Source of the DNA: Candidatus Eiseniibacteriota bacterium
GTDB taxonomy: Bacteria; Eisenbacteria; RBG-16-71-46
Assembly (NCBI GenBank): GCA_963744995.1
Contig: CAVUWA010000001.1
Location: 225,821-289,820, forward strand
DNA length: 64,000 nt
Direction of reading: 5' to 3'
Of this stretch, positions 1 through 10,273 are shown piece after piece. Under the pieces are notes generated by a model. The model did no database searches. It was not told where the DNA came from and saw only the letters and a list, made by a program, of their open reading frames with translations. The position numbers were made by a program, and so were the translations under genes. How positions within the stretch are numbered: the stretch's first letter is position 1; the number at the start of each line of letters is the position of its first letter.

Positions 1-891
1 GACGAGGTCGCGCTGCGTGATCTGGCCCTTGCCTTCGATGTTCGGTGGCCGCGTCTCGAGGCGCACGACGTGCGGCTGCTGCAGCTGGAGCTCGGCCGAG
101 TCTTCGATCGTCACGATGCGCTCCTGCGCCGGGATGTAGCGCGACAGGATGTTCAGCAGCGTCGTCTTGCCGGAGCCGGTGCCGCCCGTGATCAGCATGT
201 TGAGCCGGGCGTGGATGCAGCCGGTGAGGAACTGCGCGACCTCGGGGGTCAGCGTGTCGAGGCTGAGCAGGTCGTCGATGCTCAGGGCGCGGCGGCGGAA
301 GCGGCGGATCGAGAGGATCGGCCCGTCGATCGCAGCCGGCGGGATGATCGCGTTGACGCGCGAGCCGTCCGGCAGGCGCGCGTCCACGAGCGGCGTGGAT
401 TCGTCGATGCGGCGGCCGACGCGCGAGATGATGCGGTCGATGATCAATCGGAGATGGGCGTCGTCGCGGAACGACACCGGGGTCAGCTCGAGGCGACCGA
501 GCCGCTCGATGTACACCTGGCGATGCGTGTTCACCAGGATGTCGCTGATCTCCTCGTCGAGCAGCAGAGGCGTGATCGGGCCGAGGTCGAACGTGTCGTG
601 GAGCAGCTCGGTGATCAGGCGCTCCTCGTCGCCGCGGGTGAGACGAATGTCGGAATCCGCCAGCATGCGGCGCGCGACGCGCTCGACCTGCACGCGGCGT
701 TCGCCGTCTTCCATCGCCTCCAGCTGCGCGAGGTCCAGCTTCGAGATCAGTTCGCGGTGCAGCTGCTTCTTGATGACCTGATAGCGATCGAGAGCGTTGT
801 CCTTGGCCGGCCGCGCGCCGAGGACCGGCACGGCCTGGGGCCCGTTGCCGCTGCCGTGAGCATCGCGACCGAGACGCTGGCGGAAGTTCAT
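1..891 (-). CDS. cpaF: Tad pilus assembly ATPase CpaF/TadA (3' end runs off the window)
   Basis: Translated by hand from ATG at 891: ...[26 protein letters not shown]...GGTGSGKTT (Walker A)...[10 protein letters not shown]...[12 protein letters not shown]. Absent from the ORF track, presumably because it lacks a stop in the window. Confidence 0.95.
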   Translation of the reverse strand, partial: MNFRQRLGRDAHGSGNGPQAVPVLGARPAKDNALDRYQVIKKQLHRELISKLDLAQLEAMEDGERRVQVERVARRMLADSDIRLTRGDEERLITELLHDTFDLGPITPLLLDEEISDILVNTHRQVYIERLGRLELTPVSFRDDAHLRLIIDRIISRVGRRIDESTPLVDARLPDGSRVNAIIPPAAIDGPILSIRRFRRRALSIDDLLSLDTLTPEVAQFLTGCIHARLNMLITGGTGSGKTTLLNILSRYIPAQERIVTIEDSAELQLQQPHVVRLETRPPNIEGKGQITQRDLV

Positions 892-897
892 CGCGTA

Positions 898-2106
898 TTA
901 CCCCTTTCCAAAGAAACGCAGGCGTCCCGAACGGCGCGCCGGGACGGCGACCTCGGACTCCTCGATGGCATCTGCGGGAACGAGCTTGCGCGCGAGCGCA
1001 TGGATGTCGCGCGCGGCCCTGCTCTCGCCGGATTCGCCGCACAGCGGCTCGCCCATGTTGATCGAACGGCTGACCGCCCCGTAGTCGTTGGCGACCGTGC
1101 CGAACACCGGGATGCCGAGCGTGTCCTCGATCTGGCTGCGATCGATCGCGCTCTGATCCGTGAAGCGGTTGACGACGAGCCGCACGCGGTCCGGGACGCT
1201 CATGAAGTTGAGCTTGCCGAGGATGTCGAGCGAGCGGCGCGCGGCGCGCACCGACGGAATGCTCAGCTCGGTCACCAGGAGAATCGTGCTCGAACGATCG
1301 AAGATCTCGAGGGTGAACTCGTTGAAGACGTGCGGGCAGTCCACGACCACGCGGTCGTGCGTCGAGTTCAGGATCTCGACCATGTTGCCGACCTGCTCCG
1401 GGGTCACCCCGGCCACCCGGTCGAGCTGTTCGGGCTGCGGCAGCACCTTGATGCCGCTCTTGTGGCGCATCAAGGCGTCCTGGACGCTGGCCGAGTCGAT
1501 GCGCACCGCCTCGACGACGTCCGCCACCGAGAACTTGGGGGTGATGCCGAGCATGAACGCCGCGTCGCCCGACTGGTAGTCGAAGTCCGCCAGCACGACC
1601 TCGCGCTGGGTGAGCCCGCGCATGCTCACGGCGAGGTTCACGGCGAGCGTGCTGATGCCGGAACCACCCTTGATGCTGAACAGCGTGACCACCCCGCGTG
1701 CCGCCCCGCCGCTCGCGCCGTTGCGCTGGGCATTGAGGCTCGCCACGCGTTCGACGGCCTGCGACAAGGCGCTGCGGTCGAGCGGCCGGCGCAGCACCTC
1801 CTGCGCGCCGGCGCGGAGCGCACGCAGCAGCGTGTCGGAGTCGTTGGCGTCCGTCATCAGGAAGATCGCGCAGTTCGGGTGCTGCATGTGGTACTGCGCG
1901 GCGATGCTCAGCCCATCGTCCAGCGGCGGCGCCAGTTCCATGATCAGGATCTGCGGCTGCACCTGGCTCGCGAGCGCGATGCCGGAACGCAGGTCGGGCC
2001 GCTCGCCGACGACCTGCACGCCGGGCAGCGCGTCCAGCGCTGCGTGCAGCTGATTCCGTTCGATCGGATCGCGGTGGATGATGACGACGGAGAGATTGAC
2101 GCTCAT
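898..2106 (-). CDS. cpaE: Tad pilus assembly protein CpaE/TadZ (receiver-like domain + MinD-like ATPase)
   Basis: N-terminal receiver-like region (ALRAGAQEVL), deviant Walker A IKGGSGISTLAVNLA, VVVDCP; lies between cpaF and tadG. Start MSVNLS follows a GGAAGG RBS. Confidence 0.9.
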   Translation of the reverse strand: MSVNLSVVIIHRDPIERNQLHAALDALPGVQVVGERPDLRSGIALASQVQPQILIMELAPPLDDGLSIAAQYHMQHPNCAIFLMTDANDSDTLLRALRAGAQEVLRRPLDRSALSQAVERVASLNAQRNGASGGAARGVVTLFSIKGGSGISTLAVNLAVSMRGLTQREVVLADFDYQSGDAAFMLGITPKFSVADVVEAVRIDSASVQDALMRHKSGIKVLPQPEQLDRVAGVTPEQVGNMVEILNSTHDRVVVDCPHVFNEFTLEIFDRSSTILLVTELSIPSVRAARRSLDILGKLNFMSVPDRVRLVVNRFTDQSAIDRSQIEDTLGIPVFGTVANDYGAVSRSINMGEPLCGESGESRAARDIHALARKLVPADAIEESEVAVPARRSGRLRFFGKG

Positions 2107-2119
2107 GTCCTGGCCTTCC

Positions 2120-3157
2120 CTACTGGACGAGTCGGATCGTGAACAGGGTGCCTGCGCTGCTGCCGCCGCCGTTGCTTTCCCCGGGGGCGACGTCGTAGAG
2201 GAACTCGCCGACGACCGAGCTGCTGCTGGGACGGCGCTTGAGGAAGAACGCGTAGAAGCCGGTGATGCGGACCAGTTTCTTGCCCGGCACGTCGAACGAC
2301 TCGATGCCGGGCACATACACGACCCGCTTGCTGTTGCCGGTGTATTCGCTGTAGCAGATGTTCTCGCGGCGGTCCGTGTCGGCGTCCCAGCGCGCCTGCA
2401 GGCCCTGGCGGAACGGGCCGACCTTGTTGCCGGGCTGCGTGGGCACGAATTCGTCGCCGATGCTGACGCAACAGCCGTAGCCGTTCTCGGTCAGGCAGCG
2501 GATCTCGGCGCCGCCGCCGCCGACGTCGGCACACGGGCCCTCGTCGCAGTCGGCGTAGTCGAGCAGCTGGAAGTTGCCCTGCTCGACATCCCCGTTCTGG
2601 TCCACCTTCAGGCTGTATTCATTGGCGCAGCCGGTCTGAAACCCGCCGTTGGGCGGGTCGACCGGCGCCATGGGCAGCAGGCCCTCGCAGATCGAATCGA
2701 GCGGCTCGACCTTGGCGGTCGCGGACGCGTTGAGGCTCAGCGACTTGATGCCGAGAACCTGAGCGACGTAGGTCACCACCTCGCCGCCGAGCGTCGCCGT
2801 GCGGCGCACGATCACCTTGCATTCGTCGGGCGCGGGGAACGTGACGTCGGCAGCGGCCACCTGCACCGGTTCGGGCTTGTCCACGAACGCCTTGTTCTGG
2901 AGCGCGGTGAACTGCGCTTTCTGAACGGCGTCGTCCTGTACCAGCGTGCCCGTCTGGAAGTCGACCGCGCTGGCCCCGGCGAGCGCCGCGGCGTCCGCCG
3001 CGTTCTGCAGCTGGGTGCGGGTCGCCGCCACCTTGGCCGTATCGATGCCGAGCGCCACGAATCCCAGGATGCCCAGGAGGAACAGGGCCATCCAGATCAT
3101 CACGGCGCCGCGCTGGCGCTGGTTGCGGTCGTTCGAGGGACGCACGATCGACTCCAT
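2120..3157 (-). CDS. tadG: TadG-like pilus assembly protein (pseudopilin/putative adhesin)
   Basis: QRG-AVMIWMALFL prepilin-like N-terminus, then ALGID...QLQNAADAAALAGA Tad motif. Confidence 0.85.
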   Translation of the reverse strand: MESIVRPSNDRNQRQRGAVMIWMALFLLGILGFVALGIDTAKVAATRTQLQNAADAAALAGASAVDFQTGTLVQDDAVQKAQFTALQNKAFVDKPEPVQVAAADVTFPAPDECKVIVRRTATLGGEVVTYVAQVLGIKSLSLNASATAKVEPLDSICEGLLPMAPVDPPNGGFQTGCANEYSLKVDQNGDVEQGNFQLLDYADCDEGPCADVGGGGAEIRCLTENGYGCCVSIGDEFVPTQPGNKVGPFRQGLQARWDADTDRRENICYSEYTGNSKRVVYVPGIESFDVPGKKLVRITGFYAFFLKRRPSSSSVVGEFLYDVAPGESNGGGSSAGTLFTIRLVQ

Positions 3158-3176
3158 TCGGGCCGCGGAGGCCCTG

Positions 3177-4259
3177 CTATTCCAGACCCGGCATGGCGCC
3201 GGTGGCCGGATTCACGATCTCGGGCGACACGACCACCATGAGCTCGCGCTCGGTGTTCTGCGTCACCGTGTTGGTGAAGAAGAAGCCGAGCAGCGGGATG
3301 TGGCCCAGAATGGGCACGCGCCGCACGACGTTCGACTTGTCGGTCTGCTTGAGGCCGCCGATCACCAGGTACTCGCCGGCGTTCATGCGCACGGTGGTCG
3401 AGGTCCTGCGGACGTTGAGGGTCGGCACCACGAATCCCGAAAGCGACAGCGTGTTCGTGAAGTCGACCTTGCTGACCTCGGTCTCGACCTGCAGGTCGAT
3501 GGCGCCGTCGTCCAGCACGGTCGGAGTGAAGTTCACGCGCACGCCGAACTCACGCCATTCGATCGTCACGGTGGTCTGGCCGTTGGCACCGGAGCCGCTG
3601 GCGATCGGCACCGGGAACTCGCCGCCGGCGAGGAACTGCGCCTTCTGCCCGCTGCGGGCGACCAGCGTCGGGTCGGCCAGCACGTGGATCTTGCCCTGCT
3701 CTTCCAGCGCCTTCCAGGTGCTCTGCAGCAGCCAGCTGCCGCCGTTCTTGACGTAGCCGAGCGCGCCGTCGGTACTGGGACCGATGGTGAGCGGGATCGA
3801 GGGCGACGACACCTTGGTCGTGTACAGACCGCCCTGCAGGGCGCCGTCGAGCCAGCGCTTGCTGCTCGAGCCCTCGCCGTACCAGTCGAAGCCGAGTTCC
3901 TTGCTGACGTCGTCCGAGACCTCGGCGACGCGCGTGCTCAGTTTCACCTGCTGATTGGCGTTGGGCGTGTAGACGTCGACGTCGTACATCGTGTACTTGC
4001 CGCCTTCGTTGTACACCACGAGGCTGGTTTTGCCGGCCTTCTTCGCGTTCACGACCACGGTGCGCTCCGAGCCCACCGCGGCGTCGGCGATCTCCGGCTC
4101 GGCGATCGCCACCGTCGTGACGGTGGCGTTCGACTCGACCACGTGGGCGTGTCCGACGGGAATCCGCAGGGTCTCCGCCATCGCAGGCGCCGCCAGGGCG
4201 AAGGCCCCGACCAGCACCGCGGCCACGGCGCCCTTGATCACTGCACTGAGCGAATGCAT
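3177..4259 (-). CDS. cpaC: Tad secretin CpaC/RcpA
   Basis: Signal peptide, pilus N-domain (VAIAEPEIADA), secretin motifs LADPTLVARSGQKAQFLAGGEFPVP and VPILGHIPLLGFFF...ERELMVVVSPEIV; AAGGAGG RBS before ATG 4259. Confidence 0.92.
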   Translation of the reverse strand: MHSLSAVIKGAVAAVLVGAFALAAPAMAETLRIPVGHAHVVESNATVTTVAIAEPEIADAAVGSERTVVVNAKKAGKTSLVVYNEGGKYTMYDVDVYTPNANQQVKLSTRVAEVSDDVSKELGFDWYGEGSSSKRWLDGALQGGLYTTKVSSPSIPLTIGPSTDGALGYVKNGGSWLLQSTWKALEEQGKIHVLADPTLVARSGQKAQFLAGGEFPVPIASGSGANGQTTVTIEWREFGVRVNFTPTVLDDGAIDLQVETEVSKVDFTNTLSLSGFVVPTLNVRRTSTTVRMNAGEYLVIGGLKQTDKSNVVRRVPILGHIPLLGFFFTNTVTQNTERELMVVVSPEIVNPATGAMPGLE

Positions 4260-4306
4260 CTGGTGAATCCTCCTTGCGTGAGGGCTACGGCCGTCCGTGG
4301 CGGTGC

Positions 4307-5164
4307 TCATTGCGTGACGCTGTCGGAGACGGCTGGGGTTTCACTGACTTTCGCATCGCGAATGATGCGGATCTTCGAAGGCACCGACGGCTTGGTCGAA
4401 GCCGCCTGCCGCGCCGGCGTGCTGCGACGGTAGTGACGTACGGGCTTCGGCTTGGACTTACCGAGCATCTCGCCGGTGGTGAGTGCGGCGACCTGGACTT
4501 CGTCCTGGTCTTCCGGATTGCGCAGCACGAGGTGGATCTCGCCTTCATAGCCGGCATGGGCCAGAGCCTCGGCGCCCTGCGGGTCGAGCAGCAGCGTCAC
4601 GCTCTGCACCGTGATCGGCTTGTTGTCGCGCTGCTCGGTCTTCTGGCCGGCGGCGAGCACTTCGATGTTCTGCAGAATGGTGCGGGTGACGGCATCCTCG
4701 TTCGTGCGGTGGTTGTCCACCGTGACGAGCACGTCGACGCGGTCACCCGGGAGCACGAAGCCCGAGACGCCGCTGACCTGGTCGACCTGCACGCTGGCGG
4801 CGCGCATCGTCGGGCGCACCAGCATCGACAGGCCGCCGCCGCGCGACGACAGCTTGATCGCCGTCACCGGCTCGCGCGCGCTCATGAACACCTTGGTGGT
4901 CTGGCCGACCACGGAGTCGATGTCCGCGTAGGCGCCCTCGGGAACGGCGTCCTTCGGGTAGCGCGCCGTGCGCAGCATCGCGCGGTCCATCTTCTGTCCG
5001 AACGTCAGGTCCGTCGCCGTCACGACGACGTTGCGATAGTTCTTTTCGTTGGCCGCCGCGGCTCTGCCCGCGATCGACGTGACGCCGTAGTAGGCCACCA
5101 CGGCCGCCGCGCCGGCGAGCAAGACGGCGAGCACCATGAACACCTTGCCCTTGCCATCGTTCAC
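4307..5164 (-). CDS. cpaB: Flp pilus assembly protein CpaB/RcpC
   Basis: N-terminal TM, SAF-like region, MRAASVQVDQVSGVSGFVLPGDRVDVL, ILQNIEVLA, LVLRNPED. Confidence 0.93.
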   Translation of the reverse strand: MNDGKGKVFMVLAVLLAGAAAVVAYYGVTSIAGRAAAANEKNYRNVVVTATDLTFGQKMDRAMLRTARYPKDAVPEGAYADIDSVVGQTTKVFMSAREPVTAIKLSSRGGGLSMLVRPTMRAASVQVDQVSGVSGFVLPGDRVDVLVTVDNHRTNEDAVTRTILQNIEVLAAGQKTEQRDNKPITVQSVTLLLDPQGAEALAHAGYEGEIHLVLRNPEDQDEVQVAALTTGEMLGKSKPKPVRHYRRSTPARQAASTKPSVPSKIRIIRDAKVSETPAVSDSVTQ

Positions 5165-5187
5165 GATCTCGATCCTCCGATCCGTGG

Positions 5188-5619
5188 TTATTCGTCGAGC
5201 ATGACCGTGCGACCGGTCAGCGTCATCGGGTTGGTGAAACCGGCGCCGAACAGATTGAAGACGCCGGGAAAGATCCAGTTGAACTCGCCCTGGACGGTGA
5301 CGCGGACGAGCTTCGACGCGTCCGGACCCTCGATCTGAAGGCTGGTCACCGTGACCCCGGACGAATTGGCCACCTCGAGCACTCGGCTGCGGATCAGCGC
5401 GCTGTCGGCCACCGAGGTGACCGCCAGCAGGCGGACCCCCTCGCGCGCCGACTGCTCGAGCATGTTCTTGACGAAGAACGCGCGTCCGAAGTCGACGGCA
5501 GCGACGGTCAGGACCAGCAGCAACGGCAGAACGAGTGCAAACTCGATCAGCGCCGTGCCGCGTTCCCGCGACGGATTCCGAGGTGTCCGAGCCATACCGT
5601 TCGACTTATCGGCATTCAT
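5188..5619 (-). CDS. tadE: TadE-like pseudopilin
   Basis: RERG-TALIEFALVLPLLL...DFG...AREGVR motif; ATGA overlap with the cpaA stop. Confidence 0.9.
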   Translation of the reverse strand: MNADKSNGMARTPRNPSRERGTALIEFALVLPLLLVLTVAAVDFGRAFFVKNMLEQSAREGVRLLAVTSVADSALIRSRVLEVANSSGVTVTSLQIEGPDASKLVRVTVQGEFNWIFPGVFNLFGAGFTNPMTLTGRTVMLDE

Positions 5620-6146
5620 GGACGCACCCATAAGGCGAAAATCGAGCCCGCAAGTACCGCCAGCGCAAAGGGAAAGCGGACGCCGGTGGTGACCGGAGGC
5701 GGGGCCATTCCGCGCGTGTCTCGAGAAAGGGTCCAGGCGCCGAGCGTCACGACGCCGAAGACGGCGGGGAGAAGAACGCGATGCCGGATCGCGTACACGA
5801 CTGCGATCAGGCCGCCGGCGGCAAGCGACGCCAGCACTGCGATCAGCGAGGCCGGCCACGCCAGCCAGGCCCCGACGGCGGCCATCAGCTTCACGTCACC
5901 GGCGCCCATCCAGCGCATCAGCCAGCCCGGCAGCAGGATCGCGCCGGCGATCAGCATGCCGGTGAACGATGTCTGGAATCCGGACCATCCGCCGATGGCG
6001 AAATGGGTGGCCAGCCCGAGCAGCAGGGCGGGCCCGGTGAGGACGTTGGGGATCTTCCGCGTCCGAACGTCCGCTCCGGCCGCGAGCACGACCAGTGCAG
6101 CGAGCGGGACCGCAACCCAGAGCGGAGCGTTCATGACGGGATTCAC
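5616..6146 (-). CDS. cpaA: Prepilin peptidase CpaA/TadV (A24 family)
   Basis: DVRTRKIPN and MGAGDVKL catalytic Asp motifs, PFA near the C-terminus, multiple TM segments. Confidence 0.92.
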   Translation of the reverse strand: MNPVMNAPLWVAVPLAALVVLAAGADVRTRKIPNVLTGPALLLGLATHFAIGGWSGFQTSFTGMLIAGAILLPGWLMRWMGAGDVKLMAAVGAWLAWPASLIAVLASLAAGGLIAVVYAIRHRVLLPAVFGVVTLGAWTLSRDTRGMAPPPVTTGVRFPFALAVLAGSIFALWVRP

Positions 6147-6152
6147 CGTGGA

Positions 6153-6335
6153 CTACGCGTTGTCGAGAGCGTTCTTGGCCTTCTGGAACGCGCCGGTCAG
6201 CGCGCCCTTGATGCCAAGGGGATCGAGGATGATCGTGACGAGCGCGACCGACGCCACGAAGGCCGCCAGCAGGCCATACTCGATCAGGTCTTCGCCGTTC
6301 TCTTCGCGGATGAAGCTGCGGACGAGGTTCATCAT
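6153..6335 (-). CDS. flp: Flp/Fap type IVc pilin (60 aa)
   Basis: MMNLVRSFIREENG|EDLIEYGLLAAFVA...: short leader, Gly cleavage site, E+5/Y+6, hydrophobic helix; GAGGAG RBS. Confidence 0.92.
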   Translation of the reverse strand: MMNLVRSFIREENGEDLIEYGLLAAFVASVALVTIILDPLGIKGALTGAFQKAKNALDNA

Positions 6336-6476
6336 TGGGACGGACTCCTCTTGCAGTGAGGAACTGAGCTGTGACCGGCGCTCTGCCGGTGTGAACGGAG
6401 GGCCGTCTTCCGTGCGACGGACCGCGACCGATGCGCTCGCCACGCGAGGCGTATCCGGTCTTGCAGATTCCCCTGC

Positions 6477-6491
6477 GCAAGAGGCGGGCCA
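6477..6491 (-). promoter_or_regulatory. Putative sigma54 (-24/-12) promoter for the flp/tad operon
   Basis: Minus strand TGGCCCGCCTCTTGC = GG-N10-GC, one mismatch to TGGCACG-N4-TTGC, about 140 nt upstream of flp. Confidence 0.65.
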
Positions 6492-7169
6492 GCCGGTATG
6501 CCGCGCCCGATGCGGGTGCAGGGCGCGACGCCCAAGCACTTGATTCGCTTTGCGTTCGCACCGTGTGTGGGGAGCACGCGCGGCCTCGCTGCGCCGCATC
6601 GGACGCCCCCGCGGAGGGGCTTGCGTTGGGGTTTTGCCCCAGCGCTCACGAGCGATGCGAGCGCCGAAGCGGGTTTTCACCCAGCGCGTCTCGTCGCTTC
6701 GCATGCCGGATGGTGCGCATCGAGTTCGCTCGAGCGCATGGAGCCAGGGGTGTGCCGGAGCGTAGCGTGCGGCAACGGGCGGCATGATCTCGTGCGTGTG
6801 CGCTCCTCGTTCAGGAAGTGCGGGCTCCCGGGCACGGGACGCGTGTCCTGCGCGGCGCCTCACCGATCGAGTGCCCGCGCAGCCGGGGTGGGGCAGGCAT
6901 GCGTCGCGCACGTTCGGGTGCAATCCGTGGACGGGCTCCCATCTCGTTCACTTTTCCATTGACGGGCTGCAGGGCGCAGATGGCGCGAGTCCGAGGATCG
7001 CCTCCTGCCTTCGCGCCATTGCGCGCGAGCCGCGCGCTGCCGGGATTGCGGCGGTCGTCGTGAAAATCACTTGATGCCGGGCGGCGATCTGCGTACAGCG
7101 CGCGTCTCCGCGCGTCGAAAATCGGTGTGATAGGAAGGGAGTGCGCCCCCGCGCCACCCGCCCCCGCGG

Positions 7170-8522
7170 ATGAACGCGCTCATGCACTTCTCGAAGTTGT
7201 CCCACCTGACCGACGACGCCCTGCGGCGCGAGATGATCGGCGCCCTCGCGAACGAGCGCCGCGCCGCCGCCCTCGCGCTCGCCCACCTCGCCGAGTTCGA
7301 CGCCCGGAAGCTGTACGTGCCCGAAGGGTACCCATCGATGTTCCGCTTCTGCGCAAACCGGCTCGGGCTCTCGGATGCCGGGGCATCGAAGCGCATCCAG
7401 GCCGCGCGCGCCGCGCGCGAGTTCCCGGCGATATGGGATCTGCTGGCCGGGGGCCGGCTGTCGGTGAGCGCGGTGTGCCTGCTGGCGCCGAAGCTCGAGC
7501 CGGAGAACGCGGACGAGCTGCTGGCCGCGGCGGCCGGCCGCTCGAAGCGCGCGCTCGAGCTATGCCTGGCGAACCGGTTCCCGAAGGCGGATGTGGCGAT
7601 GGAAGTGGCGCCGATCGAGCCGGCCCCGGAGGGTTCACGTTCCCCGGGGAACGTAAGCATGCTGGCGCCGGCACACCCCCAGGGGGACGGAACGGCCGCA
7701 TCGCGTCCGCGGATTGCGCCTCTTTCGCCGGAGCGCTACGGGGTGCGTTTCACGATGGGACAGGGAACGCACGAGGCGATCCAGGCGTTCGAGCAGCTGG
7801 CGGGACGCAAGGTCACGGCGGAGCACATGAACGAAGCCCTGCGGCGCGGCTTCGAGGCGATGGCCGCGGCAATCGAGAAGCGCCGCTTCGCCGCGACCGA
7901 CCGGCCGCGGAAGCAGCAGGGCCCGGCCAAAGGCCGCCACATTCCGGCGGCGGTGAGGCGGGAAGTGCGCGAGCGCGACGGCGATCGCTGCACGTTCGTC
8001 GCCGACTCCGGCCGCCGCTGCGGGGCCCGCGGGAAACTCGAGTTCGATCACATCGAGCCGGTGGCGCGCGGCGGGAAATCGACGGCCGCGAACCTGCGGC
8101 TCCGCTGTCGCGCACACAATCAGTACGAGGCCGAGCAGGCGTTCGGTGCAGGGTTCATGGCAGCCAGGCGGGAAGCGTCTCGGCGCGCGGCGGACGTGAG
8201 GCGTCCGCGGCCTGGGCAGACCTCGGCGCCGGCAAGCCGAGCAAAGGAGCCGGAACGCCCATCGTCTGCAGAGCCACCGGAGGGGGCATCGGCCGAATCG
8301 GAGCGCGCGTCGGGGACGGCCGCCGGCGGACCCGATCCCGATCTCGACGTCACCCCCTGGCTTCTGCGCCTGGGTTTCCGAAAGACCGAAGCGCGGCAGG
8401 CCGCGGCACGATGTGAAGACATGGCGGATGCATCGCTCGAGCGGCGCCTGAGGGCGGCGTTGTCGTTCCTGCGGCCGCCGGCGCGAGTCGAAGGGGCGTT
8501 CCGGGGCGCCGCGCAGGGGTAG
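7170..8522 (+). CDS. HNH endonuclease with DUF222-like N-terminus and RuvA-C-like C-terminal helical domain
   Basis: REVRERDGDRCTF...RC...LEFDHIEPVARGG...NLRLRCRAHN HNH/Zn motif; N-terminus LAHLAEFDARKLY...GYPSMFRFC; C-terminus LLRLGFRKTEARQAA...LRAALSFL. Confidence 0.85.
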   Translation: MNALMHFSKLSHLTDDALRREMIGALANERRAAALALAHLAEFDARKLYVPEGYPSMFRFCANRLGLSDAGASKRIQAARAAREFPAIWDLLAGGRLSVSAVCLLAPKLEPENADELLAAAAGRSKRALELCLANRFPKADVAMEVAPIEPAPEGSRSPGNVSMLAPAHPQGDGTAASRPRIAPLSPERYGVRFTMGQGTHEAIQAFEQLAGRKVTAEHMNEALRRGFEAMAAAIEKRRFAATDRPRKQQGPAKGRHIPAAVRREVRERDGDRCTFVADSGRRCGARGKLEFDHIEPVARGGKSTAANLRLRCRAHNQYEAEQAFGAGFMAARREASRRAADVRRPRPGQTSAPASRAKEPERPSSAEPPEGASAESERASGTAAGGPDPDLDVTPWLLRLGFRKTEARQAAARCEDMADASLERRLRAALSFLRPPARVEGAFRGAAQG

Positions 8523-8779
8523 CAGGCGCGCGTTCAGGACCGGCCCGCCACAACAGCGGGCTCGAGAACATGCAGCCGTCGTGGGTCGTGATCGCCAGGC
8601 GACACGGTGTGAGGGCGGGCGCCGCGCCCCGGCACGGCCCGGACCTCGGAGCGTCTGCGCCGGTGCGACCGCCGCGCTCCAGCCCGGATCCCGCCGCGGA
8701 GCCTCGGACCGGCGGGGCGACGCCGCGCGGCCCGGGACGGGCAGGGTGCGGGATCGCAGCAGCCGGATCCTGCCGTCCG

Positions 8780-9483
<704 letters not shown>

Positions 9484-9484
<1 letters not shown>

Positions 9485-10272
9485 CAGGCGCCTCCCGCCG
9501 CGGCGCTCACGTCTTCGCCCAGGTACGCCTCGATCACCTTGGGGTCCCTGCGAATCTGGTCCGGCGTGCCTTCGGCGATCTTCTCGCCGTAGTCGAGCAC
9601 GGCGATCTGCTCACAGATCCCCATGACCACCCGCATGTCGTGCTCGATCAGCAGAATCGTGAGGCCGAAGCGCTTGCGCACGTCGAGGATCAGCCGCATC
9701 AGCGCCTCCGATTCCTGCGGATTGAGGCCCGCGGCCGGCTCATCGAGCAGCAGAAGCCGCGGCTTGCCGGCGAGCGCGCGCGCGATCTCGAGGCGGCGCT
9801 GCTGGCCGTAGGGCAGGTCGGCGGCGCGCACGTCGGCCCACGCGGAGAGCCCGAGCACTTCGAGCAGCTCGTCGGCCTGCCGGTTCATTTCGCGCTCGTC
9901 CGCCTCGAACGCCCCGGTGCGCAGCACCGCCGCGAGCAGGCCGGCGCGCGCGTGCTGGTGGGCGGCGATGCAGACGTTGTCGCGACAGCAGCGCGAATGG
10001 AACAGCCGGATGTTCTGGAACGTACGGGTGATGCCGCGGCGCGCGATCTGGTGGGGCTTCAGGCCCTGGATCTCGCGGCCCTCGAACACGATCTTCCCGT
10101 GAGTCGGCGCGTAGACGCCGGTGATCACGTTGAAGATCGTCGTCTTGCCCGCGCCGTTCGGACCGATGAGGCCGTAGAGTCCGCCCACGGGCAGCGCGAG
10201 GTCGAAGTCCGCGACGGCCTTGAGGCCGCCGAACTGCATCGTCACGCGGTCGAGTTCGAGGAGCGCGCTCAT
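9484..10272 (-). CDS. livG: Branched-chain amino acid ABC transporter ATP-binding protein LivG
   Basis: GPNGAGKTT, RTFQNIRLF, LPYGQQRRLEIARAL, LLDEPAAG, DPKVIEAYLG. Confidence 0.95.
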
Positions 10273-10273
10273 C

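Noticed and set aside
70..2142. Long plus-strand ORF (690 aa) and many similar long overlapping ORFs across the window (e.g. 13506-16034, 42624-45686, 57366-60650)
   Set aside because: Antisense or off-frame shadows of real genes caused by high GC; Arg/Ala/Pro-rich with no recognisable motifs.
6545..6645. c-di-GMP-I riboswitch-like words (GGGCAAAAC, ACGCAAAGC) upstream of flp
   Set aside because: The GNRA-capped P2 stem and tetraloop receptor cannot be built, and the words lie upstream of the predicted sigma54 start.
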